From positions 1-52,210 of IMG/VR virus record IMGVR_UViG_2541047879_000004: 52,210 bases of DNA; one strand, given 5' to 3'. Origin of the DNA: a virus (Duplodnaviria > Heunggongvirae > Uroviricota > Caudoviricetes). The translations under genes were made by a program, and so were the position numbers. A model generated the notes under the pieces. That model was not told the origin of the DNA. It saw only the letters and a program-made list of their open reading frames with translations, and did no database searches. Shown piece by piece: positions 28,966 through 39,624 of the stretch. Position 1 is the stretch's first letter, and each line of letters begins with the position of its first letter.

Positions 28966-30460
28966 TCTTTCACACATTATTGCCGCAGCATTCAATGAAC
29001 CGCTGCTTCTGGAGCCCGCCTATGCGCGGGTTTTCTTTTGCGCGCTCGGGCGCGAGATGGGGGCAGCAAGTCTTTCGGTACCACAACAACAGGTACAGCT
29101 TGATGCTCCCGGAATGCTGGCTGAAACGGACGAGTACATGGCCGGAGGTAAACGACCGGCCCGTGTTTACCGGGTGGTGAACGGTATTGCTGTACTGCCG
29201 GTGACCGGCACGCTGGTGCACCGGCTGGGCGGTATGCGGCCATTTTCCGGAATGACAGGCTATGACGGCATTGTCGCCTGTCTTCAGCAGGCAATGGCAG
29301 ATAGCCAGGTGCGGGGCGTACTGCTGGACATTGACAGTCCGGGCGGGCAGGCCGCCGGCGCGTTTGACTGCGCTGACATGATTTACCGCCTCCGTCAGCA
29401 GAAGCCGGTCTGGGCACTGTGCAATGACACGGCCTGTTCTGCAGCCATGCTGCTGGCGTCGGCCTGCTCCCGACGGCTGGTTACCCAGACATCCCGTATC
29501 GGCTCCATTGGCGTGATGATGAGCCATGTCAGCTATGCCGGTCATCTGGCGCAGGCCGGGGTGGATATCACGCTGATTTATGCCGGGGCGCACAAGGTGG
29601 ATGGCAATCAGTTTGAAGCCTTACCGGCAGAGGTGCGTCAGGACATGCAGCAGCGGGTTGATGCGGCGCACCGGATGTTTGCCGAAAAAGTGGCGATGTA
29701 TACGGGGCTGTCTGTGGAAGCTGTCACGGGGACAGAGGCTGCCGTTTTTGAAGGTCAGTCCGCTATTAAGGCCGGACTGGCGGATGAATTAATCAATGCG
29801 TCGGATGCCATCAGCGTGATGGCTGCGGCGCTGAACACTCATGATACAGGAGGCACTATGCCGCAATTAACTGCAACGGAAGCTGCCGCGCAGGAGAACC
29901 AGCGAGTGATGGGGATCCTGACGTGTCAGGAAGCGAAAGGACGTGAACAGCTTGCCACGATGCTGGCAGGACAACAGGGCATGAGCATTGAACAGGCCCG
30001 GGCGATTCTGGCCGCGGCGGCACCACAGCAGCCGGTGGCATCCGCGCAGAGTGAAGCCGATCGCATTATGGCGTGTGAAGAAGCGAAAGGTCGTGAACAA
30101 CTGGCGGCAACGCTGGCGGCGATGCCGGAGATGACGGTGGAAAAAGCCCGCCCGATCCTGACTGCCTCACCGCAGGCGAATGCCGGGCCCTCACTTCGTG
30201 ATCAGATCATGGCCCTGGATGAGGCAAAAGGGGCAGAAGCGCAGGCTGAAAAACTGGCGGCCTGCCCGGGAATGACCGTGGAGAACGCCCGGGCTGTGCT
30301 GGCTGCGGGATCAGGTAAGGCCGAACCGGTCTCTGCATCCACAACCGCCCTGTTTGAACATTTCATGGCGAATCATTCACCGGCAGCGGTGCGGGGTGGC
30401 GTGTCACAGACGTCAGCAGACGGTGATGCGGACGTGAAAATGCTCATGGCCATGCCATGA
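28955..30460 (+). CDS. C: Head maturation protease C (S49/ClpP-like) with nested scaffold (Nu3-like) C-terminal region
   Basis: RNLSHIIAAAFNEPLLLEPAYARVFFCAL and SRIGSIGVMMSHVSYAG like lambda gpC. Confidence 0.9.
   Translation: MRRNLSHIIAAAFNEPLLLEPAYARVFFCALGREMGAASLSVPQQQVQLDAPGMLAETDEYMAGGKRPARVYRVVNGIAVLPVTGTLVHRLGGMRPFSGMTGYDGIVACLQQAMADSQVRGVLLDIDSPGGQAAGAFDCADMIYRLRQQKPVWALCNDTACSAAMLLASACSRRLVTQTSRIGSIGVMMSHVSYAGHLAQAGVDITLIYAGAHKVDGNQFEALPAEVRQDMQQRVDAAHRMFAEKVAMYTGLSVEAVTGTEAAVFEGQSAIKAGLADELINASDAISVMAAALNTHDTGGTMPQLTATEAAAQENQRVMGILTCQEAKGREQLATMLAGQQGMSIEQARAILAAAAPQQPVASAQSEADRIMACEEAKGREQLAATLAAMPEMTVEKARPILTASPQANAGPSLRDQIMALDEAKGAEAQAEKLAACPGMTVENARAVLAAGSGKAEPVSASTTALFEHFMANHSPAAVRGGVSQTSADGDADVKMLMAMP
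29900..30310. repeat. Three ~120-bp tandem in-frame repeats in C/Nu3 region (consensus ...EAKGREQLA...MTVE.AR.ILAA...)
   Basis: Repeat units visible in both protein and DNA. Confidence 0.7.
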
Positions 30461-30496
30461 AGTCAGTGCTGACCATCAATATGAGGTTTTAACAAA

Positions 30497-30844
30497 ATGG
30501 TGACGAAAACCATCACTGAACAGCGTGCGGAAGTACGTATTTTTGCTGGTAATGATCCGGCTCATACCGCCACAGGCAGCAGCGGGATTTCTTCTGCAAC
30601 ACCGGCTCTGACGCCCCTGATGCTGGATGAAGCCACCGGGAAACTGGTGGTCTGGGATGGACAGAAAGCCGGTAGTGCGGTTGGCATACTGGTACTGCCG
30701 CTTGAAGGCACAGAGACGGTGCTGACCTATTACAAGTCGGGGACCTTTGCGACGGAGGCAATCCGCTGGCCTGACAGTGTGGATGAACACAAAAAGGCAA
30801 ATGCCTTTGCCGGCACAGCCCTGAGTCACGCGGCTCTGCCGTAA
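30497..30844 (+). CDS. D: Head decoration protein D
   Basis: DPAHTAT...TPLMLDE...VVWDG...YYKSGTFA like lambda gpD. Confidence 0.9.
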   Translation: MVTKTITEQRAEVRIFAGNDPAHTATGSSGISSATPALTPLMLDEATGKLVVWDGQKAGSAVGILVLPLEGTETVLTYYKSGTFATEAIRWPDSVDEHKKANAFAGTALSHAALP

Positions 30845-30901
30845 CACGTTATCAGGCCACCATGGTGGCCTGACTGATTTCTGAATGAAAGGAACTGATT
30901 T

Positions 30902-31930
30902 ATGGGATTGTTTACGACCCGCCAGTTACTCGGTTATACCGAACAAAAAGTTAAATTCCGTGCGCTGTTTCTGGAGCTGTTTTTCCGCCGTACGGTGAAT
31001 TTCCACACCGAAGAGGTGATGCTGGACAAAATTACCGGAAAAACGCCGGTGGCGGCCTATGTCTCCCCGATCGTTGAAGGAAAAGTGCTGCGCCATCGTG
31101 GTGGTGAAACCCGCGTGTTGCGTCCGGGCTACGTCAAGCCGAAACACGAATTTAATTACCAGCAGGCGGTTGAGCGCCTTCCTGGTGAAGATCCGGCTCA
31201 GCTGAACGACCCGGCCTACCGTCGTCTGCGTATCATTACCGATAACCTCAAACAGGAAGAGCACGCCATTGTCCAGGTGGAAGAAATGCAGGCGGTGAAT
31301 GCCGTGCTGTATGGCAAATACACCATGGAAGGGGATCAGTTTGATACTGTCGAGGTGGATTTCGGGCGCTCTGAAGGAAATAACATTGAGCAGGCTGACG
31401 GTAAAAAATGGTCTGAGCAGGACCGTGATACGTTTGATCCGACGCATGATATTGACCTCTACTGCGATCAGGCCAGCGGCCTTGTGAATATCGCCATTAT
31501 GGACGGTACGGTCTGGCGTCTGCTGAATGGCTTTAAGCTGTTCCGCGAAAAACTGGATACCCGTCGCGGCTCAAATTCACAACTCGAAACGGCAGTGAAA
31601 GATCTGGGCGCAGTGGTGTCCTTCAAGGGGTATTACGGCGATCTGGCCATTGTGGTGGCGAAAACGTCTTATGTGGCAGAGGACGGTACCGAAAAACGTT
31701 ATCTGCCGGAGGGCATGCTGGTGCTGGGGAATACGGCGGCAGAGGGGATTCGTTGCTATGGTGCCATTAAGGATGCACAGGCGTTGTCTGAAGGAGTGGT
31801 GGCTTCTTCCCGTTACCCGAAACACTGGCTGACCGTGGGCGATCCGTCCTGTGAATTCACCATGACGCAGTCCGCTCCGCTGATGGTGCTGCCGGATCCG
31901 GATGAGTTTGTGGTGGTACAGGTGAAATAA
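30902..31930 (+). CDS. E: Major capsid protein E
   Basis: 342 aa; lambda gpE-like end to end (TRRGSNSQLETAVKDLG, TMTQSAPLMVLPDPDEF). Confidence 0.95.
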   Translation: MGLFTTRQLLGYTEQKVKFRALFLELFFRRTVNFHTEEVMLDKITGKTPVAAYVSPIVEGKVLRHRGGETRVLRPGYVKPKHEFNYQQAVERLPGEDPAQLNDPAYRRLRIITDNLKQEEHAIVQVEEMQAVNAVLYGKYTMEGDQFDTVEVDFGRSEGNNIEQADGKKWSEQDRDTFDPTHDIDLYCDQASGLVNIAIMDGTVWRLLNGFKLFREKLDTRRGSNSQLETAVKDLGAVVSFKGYYGDLAIVVAKTSYVAEDGTEKRYLPEGMLVLGNTAAEGIRCYGAIKDAQALSEGVVASSRYPKHWLTVGDPSCEFTMTQSAPLMVLPDPDEFVVVQVK

Positions 31931-31981
31931 TCCGTGAGCGGGGGCGAAATGCCCCCGTGTCTTTTTTCACAGGAGGCTGAG

Positions 31982-32365
31982 ATGGCAACAAAAGAAGAAA
32001 ATCTGAATCGTCTTCGTCAACTGGCTGGCCTGCTGGGGCGCGAGGCGGATATGTCGGGGAGTGCTGCGGATATTGCGCAACGTGTGTCTGAGTGGGAAGA
32101 GGAGCTTGCTGTTTCCCCGGAGGGCATTATGCACTCTGATGAGAGCGGGGCTGATCAAAATCACACAGACGATGGTGAGCAGTTGAACAACACGGATGCT
32201 CCGGATGATGTTAAAGCCGTCCGGGTACGGAAGTGCCTGCAAGTAATGGGGTATTGCCCGGAGACAGGTCGTCCCGTTGAGCTGGCGTTACGGGGTATGC
32301 GTGTTCTGGTGCCATCATCACTGGCAACGGCCATGATACAGCACGGAACGGCTGAATATGCGTGA
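31982..32365 (+). CDS. DNA-packaging protein FI-like
   Basis: Position between E and FII; aggagg RBS; acidic protein. Confidence 0.55.
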   Translation: MATKEENLNRLRQLAGLLGREADMSGSAADIAQRVSEWEEELAVSPEGIMHSDESGADQNHTDDGEQLNNTDAPDDVKAVRVRKCLQVMGYCPETGRPVELALRGMRVLVPSSLATAMIQHGTAEYA

Positions 32366-32711
32366 TTTTCAGAATGCCTTTGATGCTGCCCTCGCCGGGG
32401 TAGACAGTACGATCGTTGAAGTGATGGGGCTCTGTGCGCAGTTCACCTCGGGGGCACAGTGTGGCAGCGAAGTTCAGGGGGTTTTTGACGATCCGGAGTC
32501 GCTGGGGTTTGCCGGTGGCGGGGTCCGTATTGAAGGAAGCAGCCCGTCATTATTTGTGCGGACGGATACGGTTCGTGCCGTGCGGCGTGGTGACACGCTG
32601 ACCATTAATGGTGAGATATTCTGGGTGGATCGTGTTTCTCCGGATGACGGGGGCAGCTGTTATCTCTGGCTCAACCGTGGTCAACCACCCGCAGTTAACC
32701 GGCGACGATAA
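32358..32711 (+). CDS. FII: Head-tail connector protein FII
   Basis: GVFDDPE...VRIEGSSPSLFVRTD...WVDRVSPDDGGSCYLWL...PPAVNRRR like lambda gpFII. Confidence 0.9.
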   Translation: MRDFQNAFDAALAGVDSTIVEVMGLCAQFTSGAQCGSEVQGVFDDPESLGFAGGGVRIEGSSPSLFVRTDTVRAVRRGDTLTINGEIFWVDRVSPDDGGSCYLWLNRGQPPAVNRRR

Positions 32712-32726
32712 ACGCAGGGTGAAATT

Positions 32727-33260
32727 ATGGCGATAAAAGGGCTTGATCAGGCGATTGACAATCTGAGCCGGGTTCGTAAAAACGCCATTCCGGCGGCTTC
32801 AGCAATGGCCATTAACCGCGTGGCCACAACGGCGATTAATCAGTCTTCATCACAGGTTGCCCGGGAGACAAAGGTTCGCCGGAAACTGGTTAAGGAACGG
32901 TCCAGACTGAAACGGGCGACGGTCAGAAATCCGAATGCCAGAATTATCGTTAACCGCGGTGATCTCCCTGTGATTAAGCTGGGGATCAGGATGCTGGGGC
33001 GTCGCCCGAACAGCATACTTAAAGCCGGTCAGCATCGGTATCAGCGGGCATTTATTCAGCGATTAAAAAATGGTCGCTGGCATGTCATGCAGCGTGTGGC
33101 CGGGAAAAACCGTTACCCCATTGATGTGGTGAAAATCCCGATGGCGGCCCCACTGAAACAGGCATTTGATGAGAATGTTGACCGTATCCGGCGTGAACGC
33201 CTGCCTAAAGAACTGGCATACGCGCTGAAACAACAACTGAGGATTGCAATAAAACGATGA
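32727..33260 (+). CDS. Z: Minor tail protein Z
   Basis: MAIKGLDQAIDNLSR...QVARETKVRRKLVKER like lambda gpZ. Confidence 0.9.
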   Translation: MAIKGLDQAIDNLSRVRKNAIPAASAMAINRVATTAINQSSSQVARETKVRRKLVKERSRLKRATVRNPNARIIVNRGDLPVIKLGIRMLGRRPNSILKAGQHRYQRAFIQRLKNGRWHVMQRVAGKNRYPIDVVKIPMAAPLKQAFDENVDRIRRERLPKELAYALKQQLRIAIKR

Positions 33261-33652
33261 AACACACTGACATTCGTGCCGCAGTGCTGGATGCACTCGA
33301 GCAGCATGAACACGGGGCGACGCTGTTTGATGGTCGCCCCGTTGTTTTTGACGAAGAGGATTTTCCTGCGATCGCGGTTTATCTGACGGATGCAGAGTAT
33401 ACCGGTGAAGAGCTGGATGCAGATACCTGGCGGGCCACGCTGCATATTGAGGTGTTTTTACCGGCACAGGTACCGGATTCAGAGCTTGATCAGTGGATGG
33501 AAAGCCGGATTTACCCGGCGATGACCGCGATCCCGGCACTGGCAGGACTGATTACCACGATGGTTACGCAGGGCTATGAGTATCGTCGTGATGACGATAT
33601 GGCGTTATGGAGTTCTGCAGATCTGACTTATTCCATTACATACGAGATGTGA
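33257..33652 (+). CDS. U: Tail terminator protein U
   Basis: [15 protein letters not shown]...[17 protein letters not shown]...[14 protein letters not shown] like lambda gpU. Confidence 0.9.
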   Translation: MKHTDIRAAVLDALEQHEHGATLFDGRPVVFDEEDFPAIAVYLTDAEYTGEELDADTWRATLHIEVFLPAQVPDSELDQWMESRIYPAMTAIPALAGLITTMVTQGYEYRRDDDMALWSSADLTYSITYEM

Positions 33653-33659
33653 GGACGAT

Positions 33660-34412
33660 ATGGCAACACCAAATCCCCTTGAGCCGGTAAAAGGTGCCGG
33701 TACCACTCTGTGGGTTTACAACGGCAAGGGTGATGCTTATGCAAACCCGTTGTCAGACGATGACTGGCAGCGACTGGCTAAGGTGAAGGATCTGACGCCG
33801 GGCGAGATGACGGCAGAATCCTACGATGATAACTACCTGGATGATGAAGACGCGGACTGGACCGCGACCGGGCAGGGGCAGAAATCTGCAGGTGATACCA
33901 GTTTTACGCTGGCCTGGAAACCGGGAGAGGAAGGCCAGAAAGGGCTTATAGGCTGGTTTGAAAGCGGCGATGTCCGGGCCTATAAAATCCGTTTTCCGAA
34001 TGGCACGGTGGATGTGTTTCGTGGCTGGGTCAGCAGTATCGGTAAGGCCGTGACGGCGAAAGAAGTGATCACCCGCACGGTGAAAGTCACTAACGTGGGT
34101 AAACCTTCTGTAGCGGAAGAACGCAGCAAAATTACGCCGGTCAGTGCGATTAAGGTGACGCCGACATCCGGTACGGTGGCAAAAGGGAAAACAACCACCC
34201 TGACGGTTTCTTTTGAGCCGGAAAGTGCAACCGACAAGACGTTCAGAGCGGTTTCCGCCGATCCGTCGAAAGCCACCATTAGTGTGAAAGATATGACAAT
34301 TACGGTAAACGGCGTGGCGACAGGTAAGGTGCAGATCCCTGTGGTGAGCGGAAATGGTCAGTTCGCCGCAGTGGCTGAAGTCACCGTTACTGAAGCGGGC
34401 GCTGCAGGGTAA
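33660..34412 (+). CDS. V: Major tail protein V
   Basis: [11 protein letters not shown]...[38 protein letters not shown] like lambda gpV. Confidence 0.95.
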   Translation: MATPNPLEPVKGAGTTLWVYNGKGDAYANPLSDDDWQRLAKVKDLTPGEMTAESYDDNYLDDEDADWTATGQGQKSAGDTSFTLAWKPGEEGQKGLIGWFESGDVRAYKIRFPNGTVDVFRGWVSSIGKAVTAKEVITRTVKVTNVGKPSVAEERSKITPVSAIKVTPTSGTVAKGKTTTLTVSFEPESATDKTFRAVSADPSKATISVKDMTITVNGVATGKVQIPVVSGNGQFAAVAEVTVTEAGAAG

Positions 34413-34425
34413 ACGGAGGTAATAC

Positions 34426-34857
34426 ATGTTTCTGAAAACAGAACAATTTGAATATAACGGTGTGTCTGTCACGCTTTCCGAATTGTCTGCGCTGCAGCGT
34501 ATCGAGCATCTTGCCCTCCTGAAACGGCGTGCAGAACAGGCAGAATCCTGCGGCAACCTGCAGGTAAGCGTGGAAGATCTCGTCAGAACCGGCGCGTTTC
34601 TGGTGGCGATGTCCCTGTGGCATAACCATCCACAGAAAACGCAGTCACCGTCAATGAATGAGGCCGTGATGAAGATAGAGCAGGAAGTGCTCACCACCTG
34701 GCCTGCCGATGCCATTGCCCGGGCGGAAGACGTGGTGTTGTGCCTGTCCGGGATGATCGAAGCTGTTCGTCCGGATACTGATATTACTGAAGTGGCGAAA
34801 AATAACACGCTGACTGATGATGATTTTTCTGCGGGAAAGTCTTCGACGGCGAGCTGA
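34426..34857 (+). CDS. G: Tail assembly chaperone G
   Basis: MFLKTEQFEYNGVSVTLSELSALQRIEHLALLKRRAEQAES like lambda gpG. Confidence 0.9.
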   Translation: MFLKTEQFEYNGVSVTLSELSALQRIEHLALLKRRAEQAESCGNLQVSVEDLVRTGAFLVAMSLWHNHPQKTQSPSMNEAVMKIEQEVLTTWPADAIARAEDVVLCLSGMIEAVRPDTDITEVAKNNTLTDDDFSAGKSSTAS

Positions 34858-35297
34858 ACTTTGCCCTCAGACTGGCGCGTGAGATGGGGAGACCCGACTG
34901 GCGCGCCATGCTTGCCGGGATGACATCCACCGAATATGCCGACTGGCACCGTTTTTACCGCACGCATTATTTTCAGGATACCCAGCTGGATATGCATTTT
35001 TCCGGGCTGACGTACGCTGTACTCAGCCTGTTTTTTTGCGATCCGGATATGCATCCCTCTGATTTCAGTCTGCTTGTCCCCCGGCATGAGGAAGAGCAGG
35101 TGGAGAGGCCGGATGAGGACAAAATGCTGATGCAGAAAGCGGCAGGACTTGCCGGAGGCGTCCGGTTCGGTGGGGACGGAGGGCGCGATATTTTATCGTC
35201 TGCGGATGTGGCGGATGTCATGGTGGATGATGCCGCATTAATGATGGCTTCAGCGGGGATTCCGGGAGGTGTGAGATATGTCCCAGCCGGTTGGTGA
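34426..35297 (+). CDS. Tail assembly chaperone G-T fusion (via -1 frameshift at 34833-34839)
   Basis: Downstream T-frame ORF lacks independent RBS context and is in -1 frame to G, as in lambda. Confidence 0.75.
34833..34839 (+). promoter_or_regulatory. Programmed -1 ribosomal frameshift slippery heptamer G GGA AAG (G to G-T fusion)
   Basis: GGGAAAG five codons before G stop; -1 frame is open from here into the T ORF (T frame is -1 relative to G). Confidence 0.8.
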
Positions 35298-37851
35298 TCT
35301 TGTTATTGACCTGAGTCTGGATGCTGTCCGTTTCGATGAGCAGATGAGCCGGGTAAGGCGTCATTTTTCAGGTCTGGATACCGACGCCAGAAAAACCGCC
35401 AGTGCTGTTGAACAGGGCCTGAGCCGCCAGGCGCTGGCTGCACAAAAAGCCGGGATTTCCGTCGGGCAGTATAAAGCGGCCATGCGAACCCTGCCCGCAC
35501 AGTTTACGGATATCGCCACGCAGCTTGCAGGTGGTCAGAATCCCTGGCTGATCCTGCTGCAACAGGGCGGTCAGGTGAAGGACTCCTTCGGCGGGATGAT
35601 CCCCATGTTCAGGGGGCTCGCCGGTGCGATCACCCTGCCGATGGTCGGGGTCACCTCGCTGGCGGTGGCGACAGGTGCGCTGGTGTACGCCTGGTACCAG
35701 GGAGATTCCACGCTTTCAGCGTTTAATAAAACCCTGGTTCTTTCCGGTAATCAGTCCGGACTGACTGCCGATCGTATGCTGACTCTCTCAAGAGCCGGGC
35801 AGGCAGCAGGGCTGACGTTTAACCAGGCGAGAGAGTCACTGGCAGCCCTGGTGAATGCCGGTGTGCGTGGTGGTGAACAGTTTGATGCCATCAACCAGAG
35901 TGTCGCGCGTTTTGCGTCTGCATCCGGTGTGGAGGTGGATAAAGTCGCTGAAGCCTTCGGGAAGCTGACCACTGACCCGACGTCGGGACTGATGGCGATG
36001 GCGCGCCAGTTCCGTAACGTGACGGCAGAGCAGATTGCGTATGTTGCACAGCTGCAGCGTTCCGGAGACGAGGCCGGGGCATTGCAGGCGGCGAACGATA
36101 TCGCCACGAAAGGCTTTGATGAGCAGACCCGTCGCCTGAAAGAAAACATGGGAACACTGGAGACCTGGGCGGATAAAACAGGGAAGGCATTCAAATCGAT
36201 GTGGGATGCCATTCTGGATATCGGTCGTCCTGAATCCTCAGCGGATATGCTCGCCAGTGCGCAGAAGGCATTTGATGAGGCGGATAAAAAATGGCAGTGG
36301 TACCAGAGCCGGAGCCAGCGCCGGGGAAAGACCTCCTCTTTTCGTGCGAACCTTCAGGGGGCATGGGATGACCGGGAAAATGCCCGTCTGGGTCTGGCAG
36401 CGGCCACGCTGCAGTCGGATATGGAAAAAGCCGGTGAACTGGCGGCAAGGGACCGGGCTGAGCGTGAGGCGTCACAGCTGAAGTATACCGGAGAGGCGCA
36501 GAAGGCGTATGAGCGCCTGCAGACGCCGCTGGATAAATATACCGCCCGTCAGAAAGAGCTGAATAAGGCCCTGAAAGACGGAAAAATCCTGCAGGCGGAT
36601 TACAACACGCTGATGGCGTCGGCAAAAAAGGATTATGAATCGACGCTGAAAAAGCCGTCAGGTGTGAAGGTGTCTGCCGGTGAGCGCCAGGAAGACCGGG
36701 CGCATGCAGCCATGCTGGCGCTTGAAACCGAGCTCAGGACGCTGGAAAAACACAGCGGTGTGAATGAGAAAATCAGCCAGCAGCGCCGGGATTTATGGGA
36801 AGCGGAAAATCAGTATGTGGTCCTGAAAGAGGCCGCCACGAAACGGCAGTTATCTGAGCAGGAAAAATCCCTGCTGGCCCATGAGAAAGAAACGCTGGAG
36901 TACAAACGCCAGCTGGCTGAGCTGGGCGACAAGATTGAACACCAGAAACGGCTGAATGAGCTGGCACAGCAGGCGGCGCGGTTTGAACAGCAGCAGAGCG
37001 CGAAGCAGGCGGCAATCAGCGCAAAAGCCCGCGGACTCACCGACCGTCAGGCGCAGCGGGAGTCGGAAGAGCAGCGCCTTCGTGAGGTGTACGGTGATAA
37101 TCCGGCTGCGCTGGCGAAGGCCACATCTGCACTGAAGAACACCTGGTCTGCGGAGGAGCAGCTTCGTGGAAGCTGGATGGCCGGGATGAAGTCCGGCTGG
37201 GGCGAGTGGGCGGAAAGTGCGACGGACAGTTTTTCGCAGGTTAAAAACGCGGCCACGCAGACCTTTGACGGTATTGCACAGAATATGGCAGCGATGCTGA
37301 CCGGCAGCGAACAGAACTGGCGTGGTTTCACCCGTTCTGTGCTGTCCATGCTGACAGAGATTTTTCTGAAGCAGGCGATGGTGGGGATAGTCGGGAGTAT
37401 CGGCAGCGCCATTGGCGGGGCTGTTGGTGGCGGCGCATCCGCGTCAGGCGGTACAGCCATTCAGGCTGCGGCGGCGAACTTCCATTTCGCGACCGGGGGA
37501 TTTACGGGGACGGGGGGTAAATATGAACCTGCGGGGATTGTTCATCGCGGGGAGTTTGTCTTCACGAAGGAGGCGACCAGCCGGATTGGTGTCGGCAATC
37601 TGTACCGCCTGATGCGGGGCTATGCGGAAGGTGGTTATGTCGGCGGTGCCGGAAGTCCGGCGCAGATGCGGCGGGCGGAAGGCATTAATTTTAATCAGAA
37701 CAATCACGTGGTGATTCAGAACGACGGCCCCAACGGGCGGGCAGGGCCGCAGCTGATGAAAGCGGTGTATGAGATGGCCCGCAAGGGGGCACAGGATGAA
37801 CTCCGGCTGCAGTTGCGTGATGGCGGTATGTTATCAGGGAGCGGTGGATGA
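35278..37851 (+). CDS. H: Tail tape measure protein H
   Basis: 857 aa, helical/coiled-coil-rich, between G-T and M. Confidence 0.95.
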   Translation: MSQPVGDLVIDLSLDAVRFDEQMSRVRRHFSGLDTDARKTASAVEQGLSRQALAAQKAGISVGQYKAAMRTLPAQFTDIATQLAGGQNPWLILLQQGGQVKDSFGGMIPMFRGLAGAITLPMVGVTSLAVATGALVYAWYQGDSTLSAFNKTLVLSGNQSGLTADRMLTLSRAGQAAGLTFNQARESLAALVNAGVRGGEQFDAINQSVARFASASGVEVDKVAEAFGKLTTDPTSGLMAMARQFRNVTAEQIAYVAQLQRSGDEAGALQAANDIATKGFDEQTRRLKENMGTLETWADKTGKAFKSMWDAILDIGRPESSADMLASAQKAFDEADKKWQWYQSRSQRRGKTSSFRANLQGAWDDRENARLGLAAATLQSDMEKAGELAARDRAEREASQLKYTGEAQKAYERLQTPLDKYTARQKELNKALKDGKILQADYNTLMASAKKDYESTLKKPSGVKVSAGERQEDRAHAAMLALETELRTLEKHSGVNEKISQQRRDLWEAENQYVVLKEAATKRQLSEQEKSLLAHEKETLEYKRQLAELGDKIEHQKRLNELAQQAARFEQQQSAKQAAISAKARGLTDRQAQRESEEQRLREVYGDNPAALAKATSALKNTWSAEEQLRGSWMAGMKSGWGEWAESATDSFSQVKNAATQTFDGIAQNMAAMLTGSEQNWRGFTRSVLSMLTEIFLKQAMVGIVGSIGSAIGGAVGGGASASGGTAIQAAAANFHFATGGFTGTGGKYEPAGIVHRGEFVFTKEATSRIGVGNLYRLMRGYAEGGYVGGAGSPAQMRRAEGINFNQNNHVVIQNDGPNGRAGPQLMKAVYEMARKGAQDELRLQLRDGGMLSGSGG

Positions 37852-38177
37852 AAACCTTTCGCTGGAAAGTGAAGCCGGATATGGAGGTGAACTCGCAGCC
37901 ATCGGTGCGTGAAGTGCGTTTTGGTGACGGGTACTCACAGCGTATGGCGGCAGGGCTGAATGCTGACCTGAAAACATACAGGGTGACGCTTTCCGTGACC
38001 CGGGAGGAGGCCCGGCATCTGGAAGCGTTCCTGGCAGAGCACGGTGGCTGGAAGGCATTTTTGTGGAAGCCACCCTATGCATACCGGCAGATAAAGGTGA
38101 CCTGTGCCGGGTGGTCTGCGCGGGTCGGGATGTTGCGCGTTGAGTTCAGCGCGGAGTTTAAGCAGGTGGTGAACTGA
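37848..38177 (+). CDS. M: Minor tail protein M
   Basis: 109 aa, lambda gpM position and size. Confidence 0.9.
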   Translation: MKTFRWKVKPDMEVNSQPSVREVRFGDGYSQRMAAGLNADLKTYRVTLSVTREEARHLEAFLAEHGGWKAFLWKPPYAYRQIKVTCAGWSARVGMLRVEFSAEFKQVVN

Positions 38178-38875
38178 TGCAGGATATTCGAGAAGAAAGT
38201 CTGAGCGAGTCGGTTAAATCAGAGCAGTCACCGCGGGTGGTACTCTGGGAAATTGACCTGACGGTGCAGGGTGGTGAGCGGTATTTTTTCTGTAATGAGC
38301 TGAATGAAAAAGGGGAGCCGGTCACCTGGCAGGGGCGGAAGTACCAGGCGTACCCGATTGATGGCAGCGGCTTTGAAATGAACGGGAAAGGCAGCAGTGC
38401 CAGACCGTCGCTGACGGTGTCCAATCTGTTCGGTCTGGTCACCGGGATGGCGGAAGACCTGCAGAGTCTGGTGGGGGCCACGGTGGTCCGCCGTCGGGTG
38501 TATGCGCGTTTTCTGGATGCGGTGAATTTCGTTGCGGGCAATCCGGAAGCGGACCCGGAGCAGGAGCTGAGCGACCGCTGGGTGGTGGAGCAGATGTCGG
38601 AGCTGACAGCCATGACGGCCTCGTTTGTGCTGGCCACACCGACCGAGACGGACGGAGCGCTGTTTCCCGGTCGTATCATGCTGGCGAACACCTGTATGTG
38701 GACCTACCGCTCTGATGAGTGTGGTTACACGGGCGGGGCTGTGGCGGATGAGTTCGATAAACCCACCACGGATATCCGTAAGGACAGATGCAGCAAGTGC
38801 ATGCGCGGGTGTGAACTGCGCAGGAATGTCGGCAATTTTGGCGGTTTCCTTTCCATTAATAAACTTTCGCAGTAA
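38177..38875 (+). CDS. L: Minor tail protein L
   Basis: 232 aa, lambda gpL position; C-terminal Cys cluster. Confidence 0.9.
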   Translation: MQDIREESLSESVKSEQSPRVVLWEIDLTVQGGERYFFCNELNEKGEPVTWQGRKYQAYPIDGSGFEMNGKGSSARPSLTVSNLFGLVTGMAEDLQSLVGATVVRRRVYARFLDAVNFVAGNPEADPEQELSDRWVVEQMSELTAMTASFVLATPTETDGALFPGRIMLANTCMWTYRSDECGYTGGAVADEFDKPTTDIRKDRCSKCMRGCELRRNVGNFGGFLSINKLSQ

Positions 38876-38880
38876 ATCCC

Positions 38881-39624
38881 ATGACACAGACAGAATCAGC
38901 GATTCTGGCGCACGCCCGGCGATGTGCGCCAGCGGAGTCGTGCGGCTTCGTGGTAAGCACGCCGGAGGGGGAAAGATATTTCCCCTGCGTGAATATCTCC
39001 GGTGAGCCGGAGGCGTATTTCCGTATGTCGCCGGAAGACTGGCTGCGGGCAGAGATGCAGGGGGAGATTGTGGCACTGGTCCACAGTCATCCCGGTGAGC
39101 TGCCCTGGCTGAGCGAGGCTGACCGGCGGCTGCAGATAAAAAGCGCACTGCCCTGGTGGCTGGTCTGCCGGGGGGAAATTTATAAATTCCGCTGTGTGCC
39201 ACATCTGACAGGACGGCGCTTTGAGCACGGGGTGACGGACTGTTACACGCTGTTCCGGGATGCATACCATCTGGCGGGAATTGATATGCCGGATTTTCAT
39301 CGCGAGGATGACTGGTGGCGCAACGGCCAGAACCTGTACCTGGACAATATGGCGGTCACCGGCTTTTACCGGGTGCCCCTGTCCTCTGCACAGCCGGGCG
39401 ATATCCTGCTGTGCTGCTTCGGCGCATCGGTGGCTAATCATGCCGCCATTTACTGCGGCAACGGTGAACTGCTTCACCATATTCCTGAACAACTGAGTAA
39501 ACGGGAGAGGTATTCCGAAAAATGGCAACGACGAACGCATTCTGTCTGGCGTCACCGCCACTGGCACACATCTGCCTTCACGGGGATTTACAACGATTTG
39601 GCCGCCGCCTCAGCCTGTATGTGA
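38881..39624 (+). CDS. K: Tail assembly protein K (MPN/NlpC-P60-like)
   Basis: HSHP...SxxD JAMM-like motif (VHSHPGELPWLSEAD) and Cys-His region (DCYTLF...H). Confidence 0.9.
   Translation: MTQTESAILAHARRCAPAESCGFVVSTPEGERYFPCVNISGEPEAYFRMSPEDWLRAEMQGEIVALVHSHPGELPWLSEADRRLQIKSALPWWLVCRGEIYKFRCVPHLTGRRFEHGVTDCYTLFRDAYHLAGIDMPDFHREDDWWRNGQNLYLDNMAVTGFYRVPLSSAQPGDILLCCFGASVANHAAIYCGNGELLHHIPEQLSKRERYSEKWQRRTHSVWRHRHWHTSAFTGIYNDLAAASACM

Noticed and set aside
33753-35087. 444-aa minus-strand ORF antisense to V, G and T
   Set aside because: Antisense to three lambda-like tail genes; Arg/Cys-rich unnatural composition.
38228-39265. 345-aa minus-strand ORF antisense to L and K
   Set aside because: Shadow ORF in GC-rich tail genes; Pro/Arg/Ala-rich composition.
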